From: Antedon mediterranea
Lineage: Eukaryota; Animalia; Echinodermata
Direction: 5' to 3'
DNA length: 64,000 nucleotides
Assembly: GCF_964355755.1 (NCBI RefSeq)
Contig: NC_092672.1
Coordinates: 14,384,001-14,448,000, forward strand
Shown here one piece after another: positions 63,743-64,000 of the stretch. The translations under genes and the position numbers were made by a program. Position 1 is the first letter of the stretch. Each line of letters begins with the position of its first letter. The notes below the pieces were generated by a model. That model ran no database searches and was not told where the DNA came from. It was given only the letters and a program-made list of their open reading frames with translations.

Positions 63743-64000
63743 GTAAGTCAAACAATAACTACATAAAATTGATTGTTTATACCATCTTTTTTACACACTT
63801 ATTTCATTCATATAAATCATTAATGTGTATCCATTGTCCTATGTTAAAATAATGCCGCGCGGTCTACATAGGCTACATAGAGCAGTCAATATTTATGAAT
63901 GAAACTATATTCAACGCATAAAAAACATTCATAATTTGTTTTATAATACACCTACTATGAATTATATCAACAAACTATGGGCCTAGTCACTCGGCCAGCA

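Overview
AT-rich eukaryotic DNA, most likely from an invertebrate deuterostome (inferred from gene content, tRNA-derived SINEs and abundant TAGGCCTA). Four host genes can be reconstructed by hand. (1) The first three coding exons of a CLCA-family protein on the minus strand, running off the left edge. (2) A single-exon BTB-BACK-Kelch gene at 28052-29803. (3) An 11-coding-exon TNF-receptor-family death receptor at 38752-53470 (about 354 aa) that needs a GC-AG first intron and is almost invisible in the ORF track. (4) The first five coding exons of a MOXD1/DBH-like copper monooxygenase, running off the right edge. A CLCA intron holds an apparently intact 5.36 kb Sola2-like DNA transposon (4516-9875, TATT TSD) with a spliced ~830 aa transposase ending in a Tudor-like domain and 11 copies of a 14-bp near-palindromic motif. 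The rest is dense with MITEs (Kolobok-, piggyBac-, Academ-, MULE/foldback-, hAT- and Sola1-like), LINE fragments, SINEs, minisatellites, multi-level nested insertions and a Penelope-type minimal hammerhead ribozyme. There is no CRISPR array or prokaryotic system. All family assignments come from motif recognition by eye, not database searches.
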